A stretch of 63,799 nucleotides of DNA, filler included, from Octopus bimaculoides (Eukaryota), in assembly GCF_001194135.2 (NCBI RefSeq). It is 6 parts of 6 records of this genome, joined end to end, with 100 filler letters (N's around TTAATTAATTAA, not from the genome) between each part and the next. Parts side by side here need not be neighbours in the genome. Positions count along the whole stretch, not along the records: positions 18,011 to 49,440 come from NC_069000.1; 5 more parts are not named here. The stretch is one strand, 5' to 3'. Both the position numbers and the translations under genes were made by a program. Below are positions 26,779 to 38,003 of this stretch, in pieces (within the stretch, counting starts at the first letter, position 1; each line of letters begins with the position of its first letter). The notes beneath the pieces were generated by a model. It made no database searches and was not told where the DNA came from. It saw nothing but the letters and a program-made list of their open reading frames with translations.

Positions 26779-27926
26779 GCCTTTATGCCACACCTGTACC
26801 TTTATGCCACCCTACTTTACCTGTTAACTTCCTTATTTTGTGATTGGAGGACATCTAGGTGATATCCGTTAGTGTTTTGTATGTTTGGACAACTGTTTTT
26901 GAAGAAAGACTTCTTCCTGTTATGTTTTTGGTCAACTTCTTAATATTGACCAATGGAAGAAAGACACTTCACAAGAATTAATTTATTGAGTGAGAAGAAC
27001 TAATTGATTAATTGATTTAATTTTGTGGGGTACTTTTTAATACTTGAAAAGGGTGGGAAAATAATAAAAATTACAATTTTTTCAATTTTATAATTATAAT
27101 TCTTTTAATATATATAATCTAATGATTATAATTTTATGATATAATATATAATTGTGTTATAATTTTTTAAACAATTTTATAATTATAAAAAGGAATTATA
27201 AAACGATTGAGAGTGCAACAAAAGGGGTGGAAATAAAAAAAAAACTATAAAATATGTGAAAAAAAGATTAACCCATAAAACTATTCAAACGTGTTTATAT
27301 TTTTAAAATCATGATTTCCTACAAATATATTGGATTTTTTTTTGTATCGGGAAGGGAAATGTGATGTGACGATGTTCATACCTCGTTTGGAAAAAAGGTT
27401 TTGTAAGGGATTATAATACTATTCATGTATAAGAAACCCCCATATTTTTTAAACCTAATTTTTGACAAAAAAATAAAAAGGAGTTCCTTGTACACGTTAA
27501 AATACGGTATTCTTTTCTCTACGACTCTCAGCACATTTGTAATATTGATTCTTTATAACTGGGTTCAAAGTAGTCAAGAAAGAGAAACTGGGAGATTGTG
27601 GCGTTCATACATTTCCATGGGTGTTAAAATGCTTCGCGATGTTTGATGACTTCCACCAAGAATTGAGCCCGCGTCGTACATGAGAATGACCTGCATGCAG
27701 GGATTTGTGGATGACTAAAGAAAATAATAATACGAAAGGTGAAACGGCGGAGTAGTTCATTTTACATCACTTTTTTTTTAAAAAAAGAAAAAAGAAAGAA
27801 GAGGTAATGTGACTATTTGCATAATTTCCATTGTTTCTAAAGGAATATATTGCAAAACGATGCCAGTACGAATAGAAGCAAAAATTTATCTTTTCGTGTA
27901 AGTTGGTCCAGATTTGACAAAAGAGT

Positions 27927-28520
27927 ATGTCTCAAGAGAGAAACGATTCGGAAGAAAATAACCCAATGGAGAATTTGAACAATGATCCAAGTGTGAGCAA
28001 TTTGTCACGAACAGAGAATGAGCCAGGTCGTCTGTCACTCCTCAACAACGAGGAAAACATAGAAATGATGGCGTTACGAGGTCAACACAACGATCAAGAT
28101 CCGCACCCACCACAGCATGGAGCTATCAACGGCACTCACTGGTTCTATCTACTTAATTACCTGGTGCTGTCAGTGTTGAGTATATCTTGCAGTATCGTAC
28201 ATATACTGAAAGTATTCCACCACGTTCCAGATAACGTATTTGCGTATCTGAGTGTCGCTTTAGACCTGGTTATAGCCGTCTGTTCGTTGATAATCTTCTG
28301 CGTCGTTTTCCCGTTTTCCAGACGCAGAACAATGTTACCAAATCGCCGACTCGTTTTCTGTCTCTTGTGTACCTTTTGTAACCTGGTGTCGGCTTCTATC
28401 ATCTTCGGTTTGCGGAATGACTGGATTGCAATCGCCGTTCTTGTCATCAGTATCCTGCTTTTGATCCTGTTATGTATACCGAGGTTGATATCGAATTTTT
28501 TAGTCGTCCAAATTTCGTAA
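27927..28520 (+). CDS. Unrecognised 4-TM membrane protein family, paralog P1 (197 aa)
   Basis: Acidic N-terminus, EENIEM motif and four hydrophobic segments. Aligns by eye to P2-P7. Acceptor AG at 27901-02. Confidence 0.85.
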   Translation: MSQERNDSEENNPMENLNNDPSVSNLSRTENEPGRLSLLNNEENIEMMALRGQHNDQDPHPPQHGAINGTHWFYLLNYLVLSVLSISCSIVHILKVFHHVPDNVFAYLSVALDLVIAVCSLIIFCVVFPFSRRRTMLPNRRLVFCLLCTFCNLVSASIIFGLRNDWIAIAVLVISILLLILLCIPRLISNFLVVQIS

Positions 28521-28714
28521 CCTTACCCTTTCACGATTCTTTTTATTACTTTTCAATGTAGACAGTTATAACTTCTAAATATTTTCATTGCTTTTAAAAA
28601 CATAATTGCAGATAAAATGCAACTAAAAATTTTAATTACAGAGGAGTATTAGAGATTTAATTTTTTAATAATTGTAATATCTTGACTACATTATATTTTA
28701 CTTGTTTGTCATTA

Positions 28715-29012
28715 GACTGCGGCCATTCTGGAACACCGCATTGTACTTATTTTTAAGCCTAGTACTTATTCCAGCGGCCTCTTTAGCCGAACTACTAAGT
28801 TACGGATGCGTAAAAGGATCAACTCTAGTTGTCAAGCAGTGGTGACACATGCACACTCACAGTACGGGCTTCTTTCGATTTCCGTCTACCAAATCCATTT
28901 GCGAGGCTTTGGTCGGCCCGAGACTATAGCAGACACTTGTCCAAGATGTCACGCCGTGGGACTGAACCCGGACCAAGTGGTTGAGAAGCAAACTTCTTAC
29001 CATACTGCCACA
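28715..29012 (-). mobile_element. SINE family A, near full length, inserted in the P1 3' flank
   Basis: Head and 3' domain are both present. The flanks resume homology with the P2 3' flank after the insert. Confidence 0.8.
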
Positions 29013-30389
29013 TGAATTTTTACATCCTGAATTTCACAGGAAGTCTGTAACACTTCGCATAAAGCAAGAAATGCCTACTACACAAAGCCCAGAATCCAAA
29101 TTCACCTGTAACCAATCTAATAAAGCTCAAGAACCAACATTATACAGAGATGGAAGAATTCTTTGTTTGAAACGTCCGAATTCCTGTCTTTCTACTACAA
29201 GTAGACCCTCCAAAATCATTTTTACCGATGCAAACTATCACTCGTTTCTTCAGATCACTCACGGCAGCACAAGGTTTTATCTGCAAAAGAAGCGCTTTAC
29301 GTCTGACATCAAGAAATTGTTTTGCTCTGATAATCTCAAACACCTTGTAATGATACGTTGAATGGACATTACTCTCTGGAATGATAGTGTTCATAATTTC
29401 CAAGGACATTAGAACCATTTGTGAAATTTCTATTTATTTATTTATTTTTTTCCAAACTAAAAATTGAAACCATGTTGTGAATTCGAATGTCCGGCATGCA
29501 AGACCGACTGGAGAAAGAAAACGAGTAAAGTAGAAACTATGAAACAATTCATTTAAGATGATTAATTTTCATCAAAAATAAAGGAAATCAGTTTAACCTC
29601 ATACCCTATTGTTTCTTTCGAATAAATACAAAGCCTGGTCGGACGTTGAGACAAATTTTTTTTCACGTCCTTTGCATTTGAAATCCGAGAGAAAAAAAAT
29701 CTTTAGAAGTAAGGGACAATTCTGTAAGAACTGTTGAAATAACCCTGGGAAGTATATCAACACCAATACAAGTACCTACATCTTATTAAGAGCATTGAAT
29801 GATTTGTGACAATCGCTCTCTTAATAGTATTCCATCTTGTGGTGGTAAAAGAGCTTCCGCCAGTGGTCAGAGCTATGCAGCAAGGGCAACGTCGTCCCAT
29901 CTCGTCTCTCCTCCACTCCCAGTGTCGCATCAGGAACCGACGTCTAAAAGGAAGGAGAAGTAGCTAACGTCAGACGTTCCAAAATTGATACATGAAATTC
30001 TTTCGACTAAAAATGGTACCTTTTGCAGCCCAATAATTCCAGTGAAATTGGTAACACGACGTCTGTTGAAAAATGTGAATCAATTTTCTTTGGTTAACAC
30101 AGCAACGACATACGCCGTAATAACGTGACTGTCTATAAAGCCAATCAATAAAGAAATGGGGAAATGTAACTCTATAGATATTTTTTTAAAAAATACTATT
30201 ATTAAGTTAAGCTTTTGCCTTATTCAAAAGTCTAACACTTACACGTGACTAGTTGAAGGGGAGGGGTAAAAGTAAAAAGAGGGTAATGCGAAGGGTGAGA
30301 GGGAAAGGAGTGTTGTGTATTAAGTCTATAAAATTGTACATAAGGTACAACAAAGTGTGTGAGTGTATATATATTCTTTTATTTTACTC

Positions 30390-30700
30390 TTTTACTGTAG
30401 CACCGCCTTTAGTCGAGCAAATCGACTCCAGGACTTATTCTCTGTAAGCCTAGTACTTATTCTATCGGTCTCTTTTGCTGAACCACTAAGTTATGGGGAC
30501 GTAAACACACCACCATCGGTTGTCAAGCGATGTTGGGGGGGGGGGACACACACATATTTACGACTGGCTTCTTTCAGTTTCCGTCTACCAAATCCACTCA
30601 CAAGGCTTTGGTCAGCCAGAGGCTATAGTAGAAGACACTTGCCCAAGGTGCCACGCAGTGGAACTGAACTCGGAACCATGTGGTTCGTAAGCAAGCTATA
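30390..30700 (-). mobile_element. SINE family A, near full length
   Basis: gtcgagcaaatcgac..gaaccactaagtta..ttcagtttccgtctaccaaatccactcacaaggctttggtc..ggaaccatgtgg. Confidence 0.8.
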
Positions 30701-30994
30701 TATATTTAAAGTGCATTAAGTAATCATCGTATTCCAATTTCCTTCCTTTTTCAATGATTAGCAGATGAGCGACTATTTTTTGATACAGACACGACACAGG
30801 CTACGTTTTCAGTTTTTTTTGTTTGAATAAAGTTTTCAGAAATAACCTAATAAGTTTACTATTAATTCCGTAAAGTATTCACGGATCCCGCTAGCTAGTG
30901 TCATTTTTATTTTATAATTTTTTTCTTGTAACTTATTACCACTAATGAGATTTATTTATAAATACAGAAAAACTGGAGAGGTTTCTGCCAAAGG

Positions 30995-31145
30995 GCTTCT
31001 AGTTTCTTTCTCTGAAATCCACTCACAAGGCCTTGGTCGGGTCTAAGCTATATTAAGAGACACTTGCCTTACCCGAAGTGTCACGCAGTGGGATTGAAAC
31101 CGGCGCCATGTGTTTAGGAAGCAAACTTACCACACAGCCACACCT
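30995..31145 (-). mobile_element. SINE family A, 5' part
   Basis: aaatccactcacaaggccttggtcgg..ggattgaaacc..aaacttaccacacagccac. Confidence 0.75.
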
Positions 31146-31569
31146 GAATGATAAACATATCCCGTTTGCGTTTAAAGTGTATAATTTTGTATATAAACAC
31201 ATTTCGTTCGCATTTAAAGTGTACACGTATTGTTTTCGTATAATAAATGTCCTAGTACGTTCGTTTGTTCTGTTGCGCAGGGGAAGCAGAATTGATTTGC
31301 TTCTTTCCGATTTGGAAATGACAAATTTACACCTATAGAAATTTGCAACGCATAGATATATGCATAAGATATATGCTCGGAGTATCGGTAGTGTGAAATA
31401 TGTCATTTTTCAGTAAGTAAATTAACGTATCAGGGATGCAACAAATATTGTGTAGTTATACTATGTTTCGTACATTTGAAACAGTCCCATCCATAGAAAC
31501 AAATAGACACATATGGTTGATCACGTAACAGAAGTAATTTAACCCTGTACAGACCATGAGAAATAAGGA

Positions 31570-31778
31570 TCTCAAATTTTGACACAAGGCCAGCAATTTC
31601 GGGGAGTGAGTAAGACGATTACATCGATCCCAGTACTCAACTGGCACTTATTTTATCGAACCCGAAAACGGTGAAAGGCAAAAATCGATCTCTGCAGACT
31701 TTGAACTCAGAACATGAAGACGGACAAAATGCCGCTAAGCATTTTGACCGGCGCGGTAACGATTCTGCCAGCTCGCCA
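31570..31778 (-). mobile_element. SINE family B, full length
   Basis: Reverse complement of ggcgagctggcagaatcgtt..ctgagttcaaa (B-box-like)..ggccttgtgtcaaaattt. Confidence 0.85.
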
Positions 31779-33908
31779 TAAGGAATACAACTTTATTTAT
31801 GTATATGTTTAATCATTTGTTGAACAGAATAACGCAGTGCAAGAATGCTGGGTCCATAACCCAGAGATCGTTTGGTTAAAACTACGCTTTGCGAAGAAAT
31901 GGGGATTATTTTTTATATATAACACAGCTGAGTTGTCTACAAATCTACCAACCATATGCATATATATATATATATATATACACACACATACACATAATTA
32001 TATGCAACAAAAAGTTATACAGGGTCAAGAGGTCACCAACTGACAAGGGTACATGGTGGACAGCGACTGTACCAATCACTGAATACAAAGGACTTTGTAC
32101 GCATTTAAAGTAGGTTTTAATGCATTTAGTTCTGTACGATATTTATTTCGATCGCATTTGGAATATATAAATATATGTAATTACATTTAATCTCTAATAC
32201 ATTTCATCTGAAATAACCATTTGAAGTTATAAAGTAAAACAAATGCTTCCAAATGCAAACAAAATATATATATTTACACACTTCAAACACAATCGAAACA
32301 CTTTTACAAGATGAAAAAAAATTAATGTCTTTATTTTTTAAAAAATTGCAGACTTAGAATCCTTCATGGTCAATATTTTTTTAAGCATCATAGAAAAATG
32401 TTAGGATATTTGAATTCCAATATCTTTATTTTTACACATTAAGGTCGGCTTACAAACTTGAATGTTATACGTGTTTAATGCTATAAACAAAAGAGTTAGA
32501 ATTTATCATTTTAGGGAAATCAGAGAAGCGGGTGGTGGGATGTGAACAGTGCAAGAGTAATCTGAAATCAGGATCGATTTTTTAATTACCTATAAAAGGC
32601 GATACAAAGAATCTTCCGTCGAACATATAAAGACAATACAAACGCGACAAACACAAAGTCGGGGAACTAAAAACACAAAAAAGAAGATGAAACCAGGATC
32701 TGGCTACTCCCGGGTGGAAAGTTGAAATCGATTTTAGATTGCAGGGAGCTAACATGAAATGTGGTGGTGGGTAACGAAGTCTTTACACCGAGAAAGAACC
32801 ACCATGGGCAAAAAAGAAACAGTTTGGGAAGCAACGTTGCTCTTGTAGCATAGCTCCGATCACAGGTTTGAGCTCGCTTGCCACAAGGTAGCGTATTGTT
32901 AAGAGAATAGTGTGGACACAAAATCATTCAATGTTTTTTGTGAGATGTAAATACTTGCAATAGGTTTATTTACTTCGTTGGGGGCATAAGCTCTAGCAAA
33001 ATCGTTTGTTATTTCTGAGGAAATTATCTTCCCTTATATACTTTAAACGAAATGAAAAACTTCCTGCACTTCAGCATTTAACCATGTTTTGTAAGGGAGG
33101 GACAACTGGTTTCCTTGGTTTTGTAATTTCTAAGAAGAAAAAAAATATCGTCTTAAACGAACTATTCTTCCTTTTTCTTTCTTTAGTCAATCACAGTTGC
33201 TTGTATGCGAGACATCCGAATCCGACTCGTCTTCTATTCTTTGGTTTGAATTTAAACCTCAGCAAGGTTTCCAAGTAAAGTTCAACTGCCATTGAAAATT
33301 TATTCCTTGAAATTATATGAACGCCATATCCTTTATCCTTCCAGTATCTATTAAAGAAATGCGTGTTTGAGGCTATCAAAGTAAAATGTCAACTTTTAGA
33401 CACCAGTCGTGAAGAACTTCATTAGAAGACAATAAGTGGTGCCATACCTTCGTACGAAGAAACTAGAGATAGTTTGCGTCAGTTAAAAACTATTTCGTAA
33501 CGATCTATCTGCGGAATGGCGATGGGAATCTTGACAGTTCTGCAGTAATAGTTATTCGGATGTGTTATTAGATCCGTTGTAAGTGGGTCGAGGTTTATGT
33601 AATAGGCATATTAGGATTAAATCATACAAGCATTTCTTATACCATATAAAGTGTTACAAATTTTCTGTAAAGTTCAGGTGTAAAATTCGATAAGAAATTG
33701 CAATGAAATAAAATTTTAAAATAATAAAATGGAAAGAAAATTAATCTCTAACAGTGTAGCCACTATTATTAGGTCACGTTTTATCTACAATTATTAAAAA
33801 AAAAAAAAAAAAACTGAAATATTTAAAAGTTATGACAGACTACTCGGAAAATAATAATAAAAGAAATAAGAGAGATCGAATATATCAAGTTGAAGTTGGT
33901 TATAGATT

Positions 33909-34709
33909 TTAAAGCACTGTAAAATTTGATCTCGTGCCCGGTAGACAAAACAGAACCAAAAGTATGATACTACTGACAAGAACGGCTGACATTATCCACT
34001 CGTAATGTAAATAGAAGATTATGGTTGAACATACCAGGTTGCATAAAGTACATAGGAGACAGTGGACAAGAGTGCGATTTGGGAAAACCGATCTTCGCTT
34101 CGAAGCCGGGAAAACAATAAAGAGCATTGCAAACGAGTTGCACAATATCACTACGTCAAGAATTAAACTCAAAAACTCAGTAATGTTTTGATAATTGCGA
34201 ACGAGTTGCAACAGATATACAGCGCTACAGGATAGACAGACGAAACCCAACACTAAATAACCGACTATATAGAGCCAGTGTATATTAGAATACTTGTTAT
34301 TTTGCTGTTGGCTTTGTTGTGGAGATTCTCCTCGCGCAGTCAGTTCTAGGTTTTCCTCACGACCGAGACAGGAAGAAAATGACGGACGACGTGTTGGCCC
34401 CTGATCCACCGGGGTTATTAGTAAATGGCACAAAGTTGGATCATAGTTCAAAATATCCATAGAGCGATCTCCATCAGTTGTTTCAGAATCCTCCATTGTT
34501 CCAAAATCTTCCATTCTTTCAGAATCATCTAGTCTTTCAGAGTCTTCTAGTCTTTCAGAACCATCTAGTCTTTCAGAACCATCTAGTCTTTCAGAGTCAT
34601 CTAGTTCTTCAGAGTCTTCTAGTTTTTCAGGGTATTCTAGTCTTTCAGAATCATCTGTTCTTTCAGAGTTTTCTATTCTTTCTAAACTATCCATTATTTC
34701 TTGAGACAT
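33909..34709 (-). CDS. 4-TM family paralog P2 (266 aa from first ATG; ORF track starts at TTG 34733); hexapeptide-repeat N-terminus
   Basis: Same motifs as the other paralogs (PTRRPSF, EENLEL, IHW, ILD, KRRSVFPNR, CLLCTLCN, LHYEW). Ends NFTVL*. Confidence 0.85.
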   Translation of the reverse strand: MSQEIMDSLERIENSERTDDSERLEYPEKLEDSEELDDSERLDGSERLDGSERLEDSERLDDSERMEDFGTMEDSETTDGDRSMDILNYDPTLCHLLITPVDQGPTRRPSFSSCLGREENLELTARGESPQQSQQQNNKYSNIHWLYIVGYLVLGFVCLSCSAVYLLQLVRNYQNITEFLSLILDVVILCNSFAMLFIVFPASKRRSVFPNRTLVHCLLCTLCNLVCSTIIFYLHYEWIMSAVLVSSIILLVLFCLPGTRSNFTVL

Positions 34710-35486
34710 ATTCTTTTGCTGATTTGAAGCCAACTTAAATGAAAGATTTCCTCTGTCCGAAATAGTAACACTTGGTTATGTTCTGTATTTATTGTTGAAG
34801 AAACAATTAAAATTAAACTGTATTTCGCCTTGAATTAAAAAAAAAGTGGCCTTAAATAGACTATTCCAACGTTTTCAACTAACTTTCATCTTTTTATTTT
34901 CAATAATTAATCAAAGTTTCTTGCATGCAAATCATTCATTCAAATCCACAATACGGTTTCGGTTCATAGTCGACGATATCAAACTTCACTTACGCTTCAA
35001 CATGCCATTTGAAATGTATAAACACTACATCCTCTCACTTTCCCTTTCTTAATAAAGTCTGTGTTCTTAGACACAAGAATCAATATTATAAATGTTTTTG
35101 AAAGTTGCATTCGTGACAAGCGGCAAACACCTACTGGTTTCAATTCAAGACTGGAAACATTTCATGTCATGTTTTATGGCTTAGTAAAAAAAGTAACGAC
35201 CGTAACGCTTTTCAAGATGGCATTGGTGACACGAAAGAAGAAAATTATTCCCAGTCTAGTGATAATTGTGAATGAACGTAACTGTTAAGCCTACCAACCC
35301 ACAAAACAGCAGCAGTCATTGAGACGAGTTTCCAAATAAACATTTAACAAATTTCACTCCTAGAGGTCTTAAAAGACACCGACTCAAAATGTCACGTAGA
35401 GGGATTGACTTAGAAACTTCGATATTCTTAAACAAACGTCTGCGCTTAGATTTATAGTGTTTTTCACTTCCGGCACCTCATTTCAA

Positions 35487-36830
35487 TACTTCTTTATTAC
35501 TCACAAGGGGTTAAATATTACAAGGGACAATACAAGGACAGACAAGACGAGACAAACACGTGGGTGGGTGAAAATGGATGTAAGGGTGAAATGAAACGTA
35601 AAACGAATGATGTAATGATGACCCTCGACCCCATGTCCGGACTCCTTCATTTCACTTTTGATTACTTTTTAAAATAGTCTGAGACATTAATATCAATGTC
35701 CGTTTTCAAATTACCAGCACTTATCATAAATGGTATTTCTGTTTTGTCCATTTTAATTTCGAAGTATTTCGCTTTATCCTCGTAATTATCCAATTTCTTT
35801 TTATCAGATGTATCAACTATTGCACATCCCAAATGCTTGGACATTTCGTTCCAAGTATTTACCACTACCGTACTATCCCAGATCTTGATTTCCCTTAATT
35901 GTTCATTAGTTCATAAAAAAATTAAGTATTTTATCACTTTGTTCCCTTTTTTCCTTTACGGGGAGGGAGTTGGGAGACTGGCTCTGCTTCCCTACGTCCA
36001 ATGCCCCACAACACTGTCTGACCGCATGGAATTACCTTTCCAGATGCCGAACTATAAGTCAATCAACTTCTTCATGTTAAGTTTTGATTCGTATTCCTTA
36101 AGAATGGTGCCGATCACCTCGATTTTCTTGGTATTCAATTCCATGACGATGACAGTGTCTGCATATGTCAAGACGGCTCTTTCGAATTCCAGTCCGTACG
36201 AGATACTCCTCAACAGCTCTCATTTCTGCAGTAGTGGCTCGAGAATCATTACGTACAGAAAATCTGAGAGAGGACATTTTTGATGAACTGAGTGCTTAAT
36301 TTTAAACGGTTCCGATAGGTTTAATTTGACTACCCCGAGAAAATGCCGTTGAAGACAAGAGAGTAACTGTCTGCCTTGGGAACAGCCGCCAAGTAGCAAT
36401 GGTGCAAGCTATCAAAATTGATCCAAGTTTATTAGATCTACAGCAAATCCAGGTTTACTACAAACCATCTCTACGATGTATTGTATGAAGAAGAGGTTTA
36501 ATTATCTTGGATAGACCGGGTGCATATTGCGCATATTTGCATTTTCCCGAACACGCAACCGACGACAAGTACCAACATCTTAATAGCTTCTTGGTTAAAA
36601 TCTTAAATATTGCTTCTATCAGAATTATGCGATGGAAATTATAGATTATGTTCCCTTTGTCCGTGTCTTCTTTAGCAACGCTACTACTTCACGGTATACA
36701 GAACTGGGAACTCACCCGTTTAGCTGCTAATTGCTGTAGACGTCTGGTAAGACAACAGTAAACACTACTGACATACATAAAACTCGTAAGACAGGGTTTT
36801 CAAACTAGGTAATATGTGCCTCGTACAACC
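35487..36830 (-). mobile_element. Decayed Tx1/L1-like LINE: RT fragment, ORF2 end and 3' UTR
   Basis: Minus strand with stops and frameshifts: YEFYVCQ..DVYSN..VVALLKK..FKILTK..RSIQDN..LINLDQ..LSDFLYVMILEPLL..LTYADTV..GIWKG..VVGHWT. 3' end reads cccttgtgagtAATAAAgaagta. Confidence 0.8.
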
Positions 36831-37298
36831 AGCTGTCACATCCTGTATTTCAGCTGATGTTAATTTTCGCATATTCCACCGTGAGTCAAGGTGGGCCGTC
36901 GTGTTTAGTTGTAAAATCCATTACTGTATCTGTATAATTATCCGTATAGAACAATAAAGCAAAGTGTCGCCGGAAAAAGTGCACACATTTCTTCGGAAAC
37001 GAGTACTCGTATCCATCCTGCTCATAAAACATTGACATTAGAAGCAATTTGATAACGTTGGCTGTGAATTGAAACCGTTTCGTAGATTACAATGATCTGC
37101 ATTCAAGAAATTTTGATTGACCAAAGAAAATAGAAAGACCCAAGACGAAACGATGGAATAGTTTATTTAAGACTATATATTTGAATCAAGCCAAAGTGTT
37201 ACTGAGTTTCTAGTGTTTCTTTTAAAGTAATAGATACAAAACTGCTAATATTGAAGAGCGAGAGAGAGAGAGAGAGAGAGAGAAAACTTTTCATTCAG

Positions 37299-38003
37299 AT
37301 GGCTTCAAATCAGCAAATGGACGATGTATGCGAAGAAAATCAGCAAAAGGAAAATATATACGAAGAAATAATGGAGAACCCAGAAAGAACTAACCCAGTT
37401 AGTTCTGCCGATAATGAAGACAGTTCTGCGAATAATGAAGATAGTTCTGTGTATCATGCAGATAGTTCTTCGGGTGATTATCTAATTATGGACAATTCGC
37501 TACGGACATCGAATGAATCGAGGACAACACGTCGCCCATCACTAACTCTCAACGAGGAAAACACAGAAACGACCACGCCGGGAGGATCACAACAGCAGCA
37601 GCAACAGCAAAATCAACAACACGCTACCCCTTATCGTTTGCCCGGTTTGTTGATGTTCAACTACATGCTGTTGTCGTTATTTTGTTTATATTCCAGTGTC
37701 GTAGGTTTAGTGGAGCTGGTAAAGCCTAATCTAGGCACTGTAGAGTATTGGACAATTGTTCTACACATCATTATTGGCGCCAGCTCGTTGGCAATTCTCT
37801 ATTTCGTTTATCCGCTTTCGAAACCGTTTACGAAAATGAGATTTGCTCACTGCATCCTATGTGCCTCACTTAGTGTATTGTCTGCTAGCATAATCATTTA
37901 TTTACATTATGACTGGATTATTCTGGCCGTTTTAATCGTTAGTGCCATACTTTTGATTCTGTTCTGTGCACCGAGGCTGGCTTCGAATTTTTCAGTCGTT
38001 TAA
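37299..38003 (+). CDS. 4-TM family paralog P3 (234 aa, MASNQQ...)
   Basis: ATG directly follows the acceptor ttttcattcAG. The ORF-track extension from 37251 is read-through of a (GA)n tract. Motifs TTRRPSL, polyQ, LHYDW; ends NFSVV*. Confidence 0.85.
   Translation: MASNQQMDDVCEENQQKENIYEEIMENPERTNPVSSADNEDSSANNEDSSVYHADSSSGDYLIMDNSLRTSNESRTTRRPSLTLNEENTETTTPGGSQQQQQQQNQQHATPYRLPGLLMFNYMLLSLFCLYSSVVGLVELVKPNLGTVEYWTIVLHIIIGASSLAILYFVYPLSKPFTKMRFAHCILCASLSVLSASIIIYLHYDWIILAVLIVSAILLILFCAPRLASNFSVV

Noticed and set aside
34478-34738. Plus-strand repetitive ORF (FQNHLV)n, and antisense ORFs over other genes (28157-28447, 45206-45457, 25278-25866)
   Set aside because: They are shadows of the real opposite-strand CDS.
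35837-36283. 148-aa plus-strand ORF as a gene
   Set aside because: It is antisense to the decayed Tx1-like RT.
37251-37298. MKSERERERER N-terminal extension of P3
   Set aside because: It needs a TTG start through a (GA)n tract upstream of the conserved acceptor.
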